Source of the DNA: Pirellulales bacterium
GTDB lineage: Bacteria; Planctomycetota; Planctomycetia; Pirellulales; DATAWG01
DNA length: 64,000 nt
Assembly (NCBI GenBank): GCA_963725485.1
Contig: CAVRYO010000008.1
Coordinates: 328,802 to 392,801, forward strand
Direction of reading: 5' to 3'
Shown here: piece after piece, positions 1 through 9,479 of the stretch
How the letters are laid out: each line of letters opens with the position of its first letter
Numbering within the stretch: the first letter of the stretch is position 1
Notes under the pieces: model-generated
The model's input: only the letters and a program-made list of their open reading frames with translations
Databases searched by the model: none
What the model was told of the DNA's origin: nothing
Made by a program: the position numbers and the translations under genes

Positions 1-743
1 TCTTGTCTTTGCACATCTTCTGATATTGCATCAGGCTCCAGTTGCCTTCGCGCATCTGATGATGGGCCAGCCAATAGAGCGCGGCGCCGACGGCCCGTTC
101 GGTGGCCTTCGTGCCGCCGTAGCGACCCAACATGGCTTTGCGCGAGCCCGTGCCACGGCCGCCAAATCCGTTGCCGTCGCCGCCCGAGCCGGCGTTCGTG
201 CCGGTGCCGATGCCCGCCCCGATGCCGCCGCCACCTTTGAGCCGCGGTCCGGGACCGAAGGCCTTGAGATCGGGGCCACCCTTGCCGCCGACGTCGGGCT
301 GCGTCGTCGTCGTGGCCACTCCGCCGCCACGCTCGGTGAAGGTGGCGCTGTCGTCGTTGTATTGTTCGGTGACGGTCGGCGTCGCCGCTTGCATTTCCAT
401 CAACGATTCGGTGCTCAATTCCGACGGGTCGACTTGCGGATCGCCCAGATCGTAGTGCTCGGCGGGCGCCTCGTTCATTTGCGTGTCAGCGGCTTCGAAC
501 GCCGGCGCATCTTCGTGCTGATTGGGCACGATCAAGTTACCCAATAACAGCAACGTCGAAAAGCGCGACCATGTGGATCGTGAAGCTCGTGGCCCACCAG
601 GGGGCCTGGGTCCGAATCCATTCCTGGATTTGACCCATTAGAGAATCGTCATCGATCAATTCTTCTTCGGCTTCGGGATTTTCCGCCGCCTTGGCGTTTG
701 CTGCCTTGACCTCTGCGCCAGCCTTCGCGTTGTCGCCTGCCAT
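1..743 (-). pseudogene. TonB-like N-terminus (TM + Pro/Gly-rich linker) fused to a prenyltransferase/squalene-oxidase-repeat (terpene-cyclase-like) domain; 3' end off-window; one frameshift near 565
   Basis: ATG at 743 with GGAGAG upstream gives MAGDNAKAG...IQEWIRTQAPWWATSFTIHMVAL. Removing one T of the T4 run near 565 restores LSTLLLLGNLIVPNQHEDAPAFEAAD, a Gly/Pro-rich linker, then ERAVGAALYWLAHHQMREGNWSL. This is collinear with the 1104..2772 paralog. The ORF track shows only the 537..821 fragment. Confidence 0.6.
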
Positions 744-1103
744 GGATTGCTCTCCGTGTGCGAGAATTGCCAACTCGCGGGAATCGGGTCCGATAAAAAA
801 GAAGAGAAGTGCCGTGCGCAAAGCAGCCGATTCAAACCAGTGTTGCCGCTCTGGCCATTATCCACTGTCGCCATTATCCGCTGTTCAGCCGGGCATAGTC
901 AAGCATCTACGGGGCGACACTTTGCGCCCGGCAATTGATTCGCCTTGGGAGCGGGGGATTATTCCTCGCGGTTCTGCGATCTGGCAGCTACAGGGCCGGG
1001 GGTGGCCGGGGCAGGAGCCGCCCCGGCGATGCCCGGATCGTGTGCTCGGTTCGGTGGCGTTCAATTTCACAAGCTCGATCTCGCCCGGGCCGTCGCCAAT
1101 TTG

Positions 1104-2772
1104 TCATTTTCCGGCTGGTCTCACACTCCCCGGGGCCTTGGCCGCCGGAGGAATATTCCCCCCGAACGGGTCGGGGCGATCGTTCTGGTAGACCGACAAG
1201 TAACGGTAGTAGACCTCCAACGTCAGAGTCGCGAAGCTAGTCATCATCAGCCGGCCGCCTTGAGCGCCCCAGGCGTCGCGCGTTGGCCGGTCGGGGTCCC
1301 AGCTTCCCGTGGCGCAGCCGGCGCCGATCTGCTCGTGGACCAAGATGTCGCGCATCTTGCGATTCCAAGCGTCCCAATCTTTGTCGAGCATGTTGTGCAT
1401 GACCTGCGTGGCGTAGTACCAGTAGTACATGTTGTGCGCCCTCATCCGGGCCGTTGGTCATCAGATAGCGAACGCCCCCGACGATCACCGGATCGGCTCG
1501 GCCGACGTGCAAATATTGGTTGCAGAGCAAACCGACAGCCGACATCGTGGGCGTCGGGGCTCCGTCGGGCTGATAGGAAAACTGTCCATTGCCCACGGTG
1601 GCGCTGCTCCCCCCTGCCCCGTTCTTCGAGACGAGCAGCAGCCAGCGCTTAGTCCCATCCAGGGCGGCTGGACTGACCGTCAGCCCGGCCGCCTGGGCAC
1701 TCTTGAGCGCCATCAATTGCCAGCCGACCACGGATGTGTCGCCTTCTTCGCCCGGATGGTAGCGCCAGCCGCCGGACTTCGAGTTCTGCGCCGCTTGGAT
1801 AAAATAGATCGAGCGCCGGGCGGCGGCGCCGAAGGTTCGGTCCTTCGTCATTCCATAGGCTTCGCACAGGGCGATGCTCCCCAAGGCATGCGAGTACATT
1901 TGCGACGTGGCGCCGGCCGACAGATCGCCATCGGGCGCCTGATGGTTCACAAGCCAATAGAGCGCAGCGAAGACAGCCTGACGATACCGCGGCATGCCGT
2001 TCTGATGCGTCTGGCCGGCGGCGAGAAATGGCAGTACGCCCATCGCCGTGGCGGCGCAGAGCGATTCTTCACTGGCGGTTCCTGTGCAGGTCTTGTCGGT
2101 GCAGCGCTTTTCGAAATCGCGCAGACTCCAATTCCCTTCGCGCATTTGATGGCGATAGAGCCAACTGAGCGCGGCTTGCACGCTGCGCTCGGTATACACC
2201 GTGTCGCCGGTTCCTCGTGGACGGAATCTTCGATCGCGTGAGCCAAAGGGATTCGTCCCGGAACCGCCGGAACCACCGACGCCCTGAAAGTCGCCTTGGA
2301 GCGGTTTCGGTCCGACGCCGATTCCAGGCGGAACAAAACCGGGGATTGCAGACGCAACAGCTTGCGGTGCGCCGGGGCCGCCGGGCGCGGTGTCGGTAAG
2401 AATTTCGGGATGGCCATCGGGCGCGCCAGGCGGATTGTTGGGAAGAAGCAATACGTCGGGGGTGATCAACCCAGGATCGGGCGGCGGTTCGTCCAGCGGG
2501 ATCCGCGCCAGATCCGGCTCGGCAGGCGCGGGCTGAACATCGGCGGCGTCGAAAGTCGGCGCGTCGTCCTTCGGCGTTGCGACGATCGCGCGTCCAATCA
2601 ACAGCAGCAACGAGAGCGCAAGCATGTGCAACATGAAGCTGGTCGCCCACCACGGCGCTTGATTGCGAACCCAATCTTGCACCTGTGCCACGAGTGATGC
2701 GTCATCGTAGACCGGCGCGAGTTCTTTCTCATCCGCGGATTTTTCGGGTGAGCTGTCTTGGGCGTTGACCAT
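1104..2772 (-). pseudogene. TonB-like N-terminus + prenyltransferase/squalene-oxidase-repeat (alpha/alpha toroid) protein, frameshift near 1440-1450
   Basis: The 511-aa ORF has a TM helix (APWWATSFMLHMLALSLLLLIG), a Pro-rich spacer and repeated toroid-type motifs (ALSWLYRHQMREGNWS, ALYWLVNHQAPDGD, GGWRYHPGEEGDTSVVGWQLMAL). The genuine C-terminus (NMYYWYYATQVMHNMLDKDWDAWNRKM...GSWDP...LTLEVYYRYL) lies in the 1104..1445 ORF. The join is at a G-run. Confidence 0.7.
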
Positions 2773-3011
2773 GAGCGACTCTCCTTGTTTGGAGTGAAAT
2801 GCGCAGGAAGCTATCCTCGCCCCAGGGCGCAGCGGCGAACGAATTTTGGCAATGGAAAAACAACCGCGGACCGGAACCGGCCCAAGACTCGACGAGGTTC
2901 AACCGCTAGCAATTCGCACTCGAGCGAACAGGCTCGTTGAACACAGGATACTTCGCCAATGAAAGCGAAGTTTATTCCCAACGTTTCGCCGGATTTGTCA
3001 GTAAATCGCTT

Positions 3012-3097
3012 GTTAGACGCGACGCGCTAGCGGAGCGTGCCAGAGTCAGATGCCGCCGCTAGATTTCAACACGCTCCGCTAGCGCGTCGCGGCTAAC
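3012..3097. repeat. Palindromic intergenic element, family C (GCGCTAGCGGAG-type stem)
   Basis: GTTAGACGCGACGCGCTAGCGGAGCGTG ... CACGCTCCGCTAGCGCGTCGCGGCTAAC. The arms are about 26 nt with a loop of about 30 nt. Confidence 0.7.
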
Positions 3098-3113
3098 GAT
3101 ACATTGCACGGCG

Positions 3114-4446
3114 CTAGTTCAGATGCGGCTGACCGCCGTCGGCGCCGTCGGAGAACAGATCTTTCGCGCCGTGGCCGTTCGCATGGCCGTTGGTGCGCGC
3201 ATTCGTCTCGTCCGCATGCGCATCGTCGTCGGGCGGCTCAGCGGAATCGGCATCGTCATCCGCCTGGTTATCGCTCGACTGGGCATGTTCCAACCATTCG
3301 TCGATCGTGATGCTAGCGGGGATCGGCAATTCCGTCGCCAGTTGCGCGACATTGTGTTTCCGCTTGCCGAACATCAGCCACGAGCTCCAGATGGCCGCCC
3401 CCAGCAACAGCGCGCCGCCCAGCAGCACGGCCCACATCCATTCGGCCGCCTTGACGCCAACATCCACGGGTCGCTGTTTCCAGACGATGCGTCCAATGAA
3501 CGTCGGTGCGAGTTGCAGCTTCTGGCCCGGCAGCGCGCGCGCCGCCTCGTAGCCTTGCAACTTGAAAAAGTAACCGACGAACCGCACGTCTTCGTCCAGG
3601 TTGTAGCCGGCGGGCATCCCTTCCGGCGGATCGTACACGATCAGTTGATACAACCGGCCGTTCGAACTGTCCGTCGCGCCCCACAGGTCGTAGAGCGTGG
3701 CCGGTTCGTGCGGGTCGTCCTCGCTATTGCGAAAATGGATCGGGTCGTCGAATTTCGTCATCATTCGCACGTTCAAATCGATCTGATAAATTTTTCCCGG
3801 ACCGCGGCTATCGTCGGGCGATTCGATGAATTCGCCCCAGGTTGGATTCTTGCGATTGACCCGGGCCAATAAAGTTTTCTCGGGCTGGTTGATAACCCAG
3901 CGCACCATCCGTTCATAGGCCGGCATTTCCACCGTTGCGGTGTTGATGCTGCGGTCGTTGATCGCGTCGAAATCCTCCAACGCGCCGCCAGCTTCGTCGG
4001 GGTCTTCGTCCGTGGGCCCAGTGGGCGGAGGAATCTTTGCTTCCGCGACCGCGGGTTTTTCGGCGGGCGACTGTTCCCCTGACGACTTTTCCGAAGCTGA
4101 ATTTTCCGCGGGTGATGCGGCTGCCGGAGCTTGCGCAACGAGCTCGCCGCCGGGGCCCTGATGGCCGGTCGATTTTTTTCCGGCGGCTTCGCCCGGCTGC
4201 TTGGACGCGGCCGACTGTCCGGCGCTATGCCCCGGAGTTTTGACAACGGCCGGAGGAGCCTGCTCTTCGCGGCCCACGACCTGGTTCTTGCCGTCGGAAC
4301 GACCGACCAACCAGCGCCACGTTTCCGGCGCGGGCACGTTGGAAGAGCATGAACAAGACGACCAGCATGAAGATCATCGACATGAGCCGGGTGAGTTCCG
4401 GCCCACGGAATAATCGCCGCGGAGGTTCGCGTTCTGGTCTTGGCAT
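3114..4446 (-). pseudogene. Hypothetical two-TM membrane protein with an Ala/Pro/Glu-rich region; frameshift near 4335-4345
   Basis: ATG 4446 gives MPRPEREPPRRLFRGPELTRLMSMIFMLVVLFMLFQ (TM). Reading continues in the 407-aa ORF (PAPETWRWLVGRSDGK..., a low-complexity stretch, a globular part, then the C-terminal TM AVLLGGALLLGAAIWSSWLMF). I recognise no family. Confidence 0.5.
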
Positions 4447-4470
4447 GGACTGTTTTCCGATTGGATCGAG

Positions 4471-4558
4471 TGTTGAAAAAGGGGACAGGCACTTCGCAGC
4501 AACGTCAAAGCGTCGAGGAATTTGTTCAGTCGCTCAGAGCCAGTCCCCTTTTTCAACA
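4471..4558. repeat. REPIN-like hairpin element, family A
   Basis: TGTTGAAAAAGGGGACAGGCAC ...~45 nt... GAGCCAGTCCCCTTTTTCAACA. Same ends as the copies at 5486, 18938 and 20941. Confidence 0.85.
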
Positions 4559-4605
4559 GGTTGCGAGCCCTATGCCTGTCAACTCGTTATCTTACCACTT
4601 CTATT

Positions 4606-5121
4606 TTACGGTCCACTCTCATCGACCAGCGATAATTTCGCAAGATGGACGTGCGGGTCGCCTCCGAGCGTTTGCCGCGTGCAGATTTCAACAACGTGCA
4701 GCAATTCATCGTAGCGCAAGTTCGAGCCAACCTGGAGCACGACCTGATCGAACGGGCTGCCGGAGGTGTTCAACAGGCTGGACAGCTTGGCGTTGAGGAA
4801 ATCGAGCCGGGAATCCACCGGCAAATCGTCATTCGCAACCCGAATCTGCCGCAGTTGACCGCTGTCGCCCGCCGTGAGATAGACGCGGAGCGTGGAAAAT
4901 TCCCGGAGTGCATCGGCGTTATCGAGGCCGGGCTTTGGTGGAGCGTCGGTCGGTGTCCCGATCGGCCGCGGCGGCGGCATGTTCAGCTTGATCTGGCCTT
5001 CGACCGGCGCTGGTTTGAACGTGAGGATAAAGAAAGTCAGCAATTGGAAGGCCATGTCGAGCATGGCAGCCAGGTTCAGCTCGACCTCTTCCGGTCCGCG
5101 CTTTCTCCGCTTGCGAATCAT
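4606..5121 (-). CDS. exbD: Biopolymer transport protein ExbD/TolR
   Basis: 171 aa. MIRKRRKRGPEEVELNLAAMLDMAFQLLTFFILTF shows a basic N-terminus and a single TM, followed by a periplasmic domain, as in ExbD/TolR. Confidence 0.85.
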   Translation of the reverse strand: MIRKRRKRGPEEVELNLAAMLDMAFQLLTFFILTFKPAPVEGQIKLNMPPPRPIGTPTDAPPKPGLDNADALREFSTLRVYLTAGDSGQLRQIRVANDDLPVDSRLDFLNAKLSSLLNTSGSPFDQVVLQVGSNLRYDELLHVVEICTRQTLGGDPHVHLAKLSLVDESGP

Positions 5122-5186
5122 GGCTGAGTCGCTCCTTAATTTCCGCCAAGGTTTGTTCGTTCCAAACCGTTTTTGCCGCGATTCAC

Positions 5187-5261
5187 ACTAGGCGCGAAGC
5201 GTTAGCGAGGACGCAAGACGCTGGCCGTGCAAGTCGTCCGCGCTAACGCTTCGCGCCTAGT
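5187..5261. repeat. Palindromic intergenic element, family C
   Basis: ACTAGGCGCGAAGCGTTAGCGAGGACG ... CGTCCGCGCTAACGCTTCGCGCCTAGT. Confidence 0.7.
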
Positions 5262-5485
5262 ATTCCTCGCTTGCCGCTGAAAGGCGCAATGGTTAGAGAA
5301 AAGACTCGTGGCAGCCCCGACGCTGCTATCTACTTCGCCAACCAAGAATTCGGCCGGCGGAGCGGTTCTTATTGCGACGTTCGGGCGCACGTCACGAGAC
5401 GGAACGCGCGGAGAATTCGATTTCGCACGGACCGACGACCGCAAGACGAAGAAATCACGGCGCAGCGCTGCCGCCGCTAGCAGCC

Positions 5486-5573
5486 TGTTGAAAAAGGGGA
5501 CAGGCACTACGCGGGTACGTCAATACGGGGGGAAATCCTCTCGTTCGCTAAGAGCCAGTCCCCTTTTTCAACA
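5486..5573. repeat. REPIN-like hairpin element, family A
   Basis: TGTTGAAAAAGGGGACAGGCAC...AGAGCCAGTCCCCTTTTTCAACA. Same orientation as 4471..4558. Confidence 0.85.
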
Positions 5574-5578
5574 GGCGG

Positions 5579-6094
5579 TTAGTTGTTCTCGTCAACGAGG
5601 CTCAGCTTCGTCAGCTTCGTGTGCGGGTCGCCGCCGATCGTTTGCTTGGTACAGACTTCGACGACCCGCATCAATTGGTCGTACCGCAGCTTCGATCCCA
5701 CTTGCACGACTACCTGGTCGAAGGGGCTGGCCGGATCGTTCAACAACGTGCGCAGCTTGGTGTCGAAGAACTGCAGGCCCTGATTGACGGGGACTTCTTG
5801 CTGGGCGACGAAGATTTGATTCAAAGAGCCGTCATTGGTGGCGGTGACGATGATCGCCAGCGTGTTGAATCCTTTGACCGGATCCGACGAGTCGGTTTTG
5901 CCCAGGTCCTTGGCGTTCGGATCGGTGTTCGTCAGCGGCATGGGGGGCGGGAGGCGCAGCAGAATCTGGCCTTCGACCGGGGCCGGCTTGAAGGTGAGGA
6001 TGAAAAACGTGAGCAACTGGAACGCCATGTCGAGCATGGCGGCCAGATTCAACTCGACCTCGTCCAACCCGCGTTTTCTCTTCTTACGGCTCAT
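5579..6094 (-). CDS. exbD: Biopolymer transport protein ExbD/TolR (paralog)
   Basis: 171 aa. MSRKKRKRGLDEVELNLAAMLDMAFQLLTFFILTFKPAPVEGQ is close to the 4606..5121 product. The start overlaps the upstream stop by 4 nt (6091-6094). Confidence 0.85.
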   Translation of the reverse strand: MSRKKRKRGLDEVELNLAAMLDMAFQLLTFFILTFKPAPVEGQILLRLPPPMPLTNTDPNAKDLGKTDSSDPVKGFNTLAIIVTATNDGSLNQIFVAQQEVPVNQGLQFFDTKLRTLLNDPASPFDQVVVQVGSKLRYDQLMRVVEVCTKQTIGGDPHTKLTKLSLVDENN

Positions 6095-6606
6095 GGCAAA
6101 ATAGTCCTACCGGCGCACGGAGCCGCCGTCAGGTGTTCTTTTTCTTGTTCATTGCGGAATGCGAAATTACGAAATCCGTTGTCCTGACATAATTTCAGAA
6201 TCCGGCTGAGTTGCGAAAACGCAGTTTTCTTGTCGGCCCGGATGATGACGGTCGTCGGCAAATCGTCCTTCTCGTCGAAGTTCGGGTTTTGTTTGCGGGC
6301 CGCCAGGCGATTCGCTTGGGCTTCGGAGGCGATATAGTTGGGAATCTCATTTTCCGGAATTGGCCGGTTGTAGACCGTGAATTCGCCTTTGTCGTTCAGA
6401 TTCACCATCATGAACAGCGCGGGACCATGGTCTTTACTATCAATCGGCTTGGCGGTGCCGACGATCGGCAACTCCATCTGCTGGTCGTTCTGATTGGCTT
6501 TGAAGTTGATCACGAGCATGAAGAACGTGATCAACTGAAAGACCATGTCGAGGATGGGCGTCAGGTTCGGTTCGGCCCGTGCCTTATGGGATAATGATCC
6601 GGACAT
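6091..6606 (-). CDS. exbD: Biopolymer transport protein ExbD/TolR (divergent paralog)
   Basis: 171 aa. EPNLTPILDMVFQLITFFMLV is the TM segment, followed by an ExbD-like periplasmic part. Confidence 0.8.
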   Translation of the reverse strand: MSGSLSHKARAEPNLTPILDMVFQLITFFMLVINFKANQNDQQMELPIVGTAKPIDSKDHGPALFMMVNLNDKGEFTVYNRPIPENEIPNYIASEAQANRLAARKQNPNFDEKDDLPTTVIIRADKKTAFSQLSRILKLCQDNGFRNFAFRNEQEKEHLTAAPCAGRTILP

Positions 6607-6622
6607 GTTTCAAAGCCTAACT

Positions 6623-6717
6623 GCCTATCCGAGAACCGGCCGAGGAGAGGGGGACAGGCACATTTTGCTCCCAGGGCACCGCAAAATGAGCCAGTCCCCG
6701 TCGGTTCTCGGATAGGC
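6623..6717. repeat. REPIN-like hairpin element, family B
   Basis: GCCTATCCGAGAACCG...GGGGACAGGCACATTTTGC...GCAAAATGAGCCAGTCCCC...CGGTTCTCGGATAGGC. Confidence 0.85.
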
Positions 6718-6758
6718 TCTAGGTCGACAAATCCATCAAAAATCGAATACCGCTCGAA

Positions 6759-7664
6759 TCACGATTGGACGTTCAAATTACTGCCGGGCAATCTTGGCCG
6801 CCGCTGCCGCGGCCGGATGCCGCCGGGGCCCGCCCCCATCGGGGCCTTGCTGCGGGCGGCGTGAGCAAAATGCCGCAAGAACTGGTCGGCTCGGACCATC
6901 GTATTCACCGAGATCAACGACACGCGATTGCGGAACACGGCGAAGAAGAAAATGGCAGGCACCGACAAACCAACGCCTTCGAACGTCAGCAGCAATGCTT
7001 CGGAAATCCCCTTGGCGACTTCGCTCGCTTGCAATTGTTGACCGCCGCGGGCGATCGCGCCGAAGCTCGACATCATGCCCTTCAGCGTTCCCAGCAGCCC
7101 GATCATGGGCCCCAGCGTGCCAAGCACGGCCAGCATGCTGATCTTCTTTTCCATTTCGGCGGTGACCGACTCGCCGACCCGTTCCATGGCTTCGCGGGCT
7201 TCCGCCAGACCGTTGGGCAATTCGGCGATGCCGGTCGAGAGCGCGGTGCTGAAGAACGAGTTGTCCTCCTTGACCACCGCGAAGATGTTCTTGAAGTCGC
7301 GCTGTTCCAGCAAGGCCTCGCAGCGGGCGATCACCTCCGGCGGCATGGCGATCATCGGCCGCATTTCAAGGAACAGCCGGCTGACCGTGGCGACGAAGTA
7401 GATCGACAGAATCAAGATCACCAAGCCGATGAAGCCCGAGGTCTTGATGAACCACATGAAGACCGACTCGCCTTCTACTTTCTTTTCCGGCTCCTTTGAG
7501 GTCTGGGCGTCGCCTTTTGCAGCTTCGGCTGCCTTCTCGCCCCCTTTTTCTTCCTGGGCATATGACCGGCGCGAGACGGCGCTGAACGCCGTGACGGTCC
7601 AGGCTGCCAATAACAGCCAGAGCAGCTTCTTTTTGAATCCGTCGACGCGCTCAAGTTTCAACAT
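6759..7664 (-). CDS. exbB: MotA/TolQ/ExbB proton-channel protein
   Basis: LGTLGPMIGLLGTLKGMMSSFGAI...SEALLLTFEGVGLSVPAIFFFAVFRNR is the MotA_ExbB signature. I placed the start at MLKLERV (7664) rather than the in-frame upstream start at 7733. Confidence 0.85.
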   Translation of the reverse strand: MLKLERVDGFKKKLLWLLLAAWTVTAFSAVSRRSYAQEEKGGEKAAEAAKGDAQTSKEPEKKVEGESVFMWFIKTSGFIGLVILILSIYFVATVSRLFLEMRPMIAMPPEVIARCEALLEQRDFKNIFAVVKEDNSFFSTALSTGIAELPNGLAEAREAMERVGESVTAEMEKKISMLAVLGTLGPMIGLLGTLKGMMSSFGAIARGGQQLQASEVAKGISEALLLTFEGVGLSVPAIFFFAVFRNRVSLISVNTMVRADQFLRHFAHAARSKAPMGAGPGGIRPRQRRPRLPGSNLNVQS

Positions 7665-8171
7665 GTCAACATTTCCTCTCGACTGGCTTGCGCTATGTCT
7701 CGTACAGACAGTGGCTTGTGGGATGACTGCCATGGGGCGCGACGATCGGACTCAGGCAACGAAGCAACGGCGCGCCATGGCCGTCGATCCGGGGACGAAA
7801 AAAACCAGCGGCTTTTGCCCGGTCCATAAGATGAGACCGGGTTTCATGCGGGGACGGAGGCCCGAAGACAAGGTTTCGTTTGCTGCACGTAAAATCCAGC
7901 CATCCGCCGACCCACGACGCGGTCTTCTCCGAACGTATTGCATCCTGTTCCAGCCTGCGCCACTTGTCAAGGGTTAAGCGATTTTTGTCGCTCTAACCCC
8001 CCGCACGCAGGCTATTGAACCGGCAACCTCGGCGCCGTGACGCATCCAGCCGCCAACTATCATTCAATCGACGACAGGGGAGTTATTCCCCAGCGCCGGG
8101 ATTTGGGGCATTCGGCACGCGGTGTCCGTCAAGATTCCGATTCGTGGTAGTGGTACAGTTCGAGCCCCAGC

Positions 8172-8217
8172 GGCACACGGAGTGTGCCTTTTACGTGGCA
8201 GGCACGCTCCGCGTGCC
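8172..8217. promoter_or_regulatory. Two tandem 17-nt palindromes (GGCACAC-GGA-GTGTGCC and GGCACGC-TCC-GCGTGCC)
   Basis: 8172-8188 and 8201-8217, centres 29 nt apart. They lie about 170 nt upstream of the DUF1080 gene in the ExbB/DUF1080 divergent intergenic region. Function unknown. Confidence 0.25.
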
Positions 8218-8378
8218 GCCGCAGCCCAGAGATCTCAAAATGTACCAATACTCGATTCGTCCGCGCGTTGAAAGCTGTCCGGCGGGGTGTTACAAGTGGA
8301 TTTCCCCGCCGAGATTTCCGTTCGATTCCTCCGGGTCGAATCCACGCCCGCTCTCACACCTACCCAGGAGATCGCGTC

Positions 8379-9128
8379 ATGTTGAGACTCTCTTATCGCG
8401 GCACCATTTCCACGTTGGCGCTGCTCGTTGGCATCGCCGGAATTTCCTATTTGGTCGCCAAAGAATACGAAAGCGGCAAGATCTGGCCGGAGCCAAAAGT
8501 CGTCACGCCCGGCGAACATGGCTCGCCGCCGTCGGATGCGATCGTGTTGTTCGACGGCCATGATCTTTCCCAATGGGAAGGAGGCGACTGGAGGGTCAAG
8601 GATGGAGTCGCGATTTCGCACGGGGGCGACATCCACACGAAGAAATCGTTTGGACCGGATTACCAACTCCACGTCGAATGGGCGGAGCCCGAAAAGGTCG
8701 AAGGCAACGGCCAGGGACGCGGCAACAGCGGAGTGTTCCTCGCCAATCGTTATGAGCTGCAAGTGCTCGATTCCTACGACAACCCGACCTACTTCGACGG
8801 CCAATGCGGGGCGATCTACAAGCAATCGCCGCCGCTGGTGAATGCCTGCCGGAAGCCGGGCGAGTGGCAAACCTATGACATCGTGTTCGAATCACCGCGG
8901 TTCGAGCGGAACAAAGTGTCGAAGCCCGGGCATGTGACCGTGCTGCAAAATGGCATTTTGATCCAGGACCACACGGAACTCCTCGGCTCGACGTCGTGGG
9001 ATCAACCGCCCACTTGGGACCCGCATTCGAAGGCCCAGCCGGTCCGGCTCCAATTCCACGGAAATCCGGTCCGCTTCCGCAACATCTGGCTGCGCGAGAT
9101 CAAGCCGATCGTGCCGAAGAATTCCTGA
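8379..9128 (+). CDS. DUF1080 (3-keto-disaccharide hydrolase-like) domain protein, N-terminal anchor/signal
   Basis: MLRLSYRGTISTLALLVGIAG, then ...DGHDLSQWEGGDWRVKDG...NSGVFL..YELQVLD...CGAIYKQ...PGEWQTYDIVF...VLQNGILI. AGGAG RBS at 8366-8370. Confidence 0.8.
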   Translation: MLRLSYRGTISTLALLVGIAGISYLVAKEYESGKIWPEPKVVTPGEHGSPPSDAIVLFDGHDLSQWEGGDWRVKDGVAISHGGDIHTKKSFGPDYQLHVEWAEPEKVEGNGQGRGNSGVFLANRYELQVLDSYDNPTYFDGQCGAIYKQSPPLVNACRKPGEWQTYDIVFESPRFERNKVSKPGHVTVLQNGILIQDHTELLGSTSWDQPPTWDPHSKAQPVRLQFHGNPVRFRNIWLREIKPIVPKNS

Positions 9129-9184
9129 CCCGCTTAAGCAGCAGTCGACCCGGCCCTATTGGCCGGCATTGCCTCAGACACAAG

Positions 9185-9252
9185 AGCCTGAAGCGCTAGC
9201 GAAGAGGCACGGCGTTGTTTTGGCGCCTTCTCCTTCGCTTGCGCTTCAGGCT
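9185..9252. repeat. Palindromic element, family C (possible terminator of the DUF1080 gene)
   Basis: AGCCTGAAGCGCTAGCGAAGAGG ... CCTTCTCCTTCGCTTGCGCTTCAGGCT, 57 nt after the stop at 9128. Confidence 0.6.
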
Positions 9253-9479
9253 TGCTTTCGAAAAACAATGTTTTGAGGCAAAGCCCCAATTGGCAAGCAA
9301 GAACGGTGGAAAAGAAAAATCTGGGCTCAAATTCGGCAAATTTACGGGATTTGCTTGAATTTGCGTTCTATGGCCTTGTCAAACGCGGCCAAATTTTGAT
9401 ATTCCACGCTTCGGCTGCATCCGCGCCCAGTGGACTGGGCGACCGCGACGCATGCGATCTCAAGGATGAGGATCTTTTC

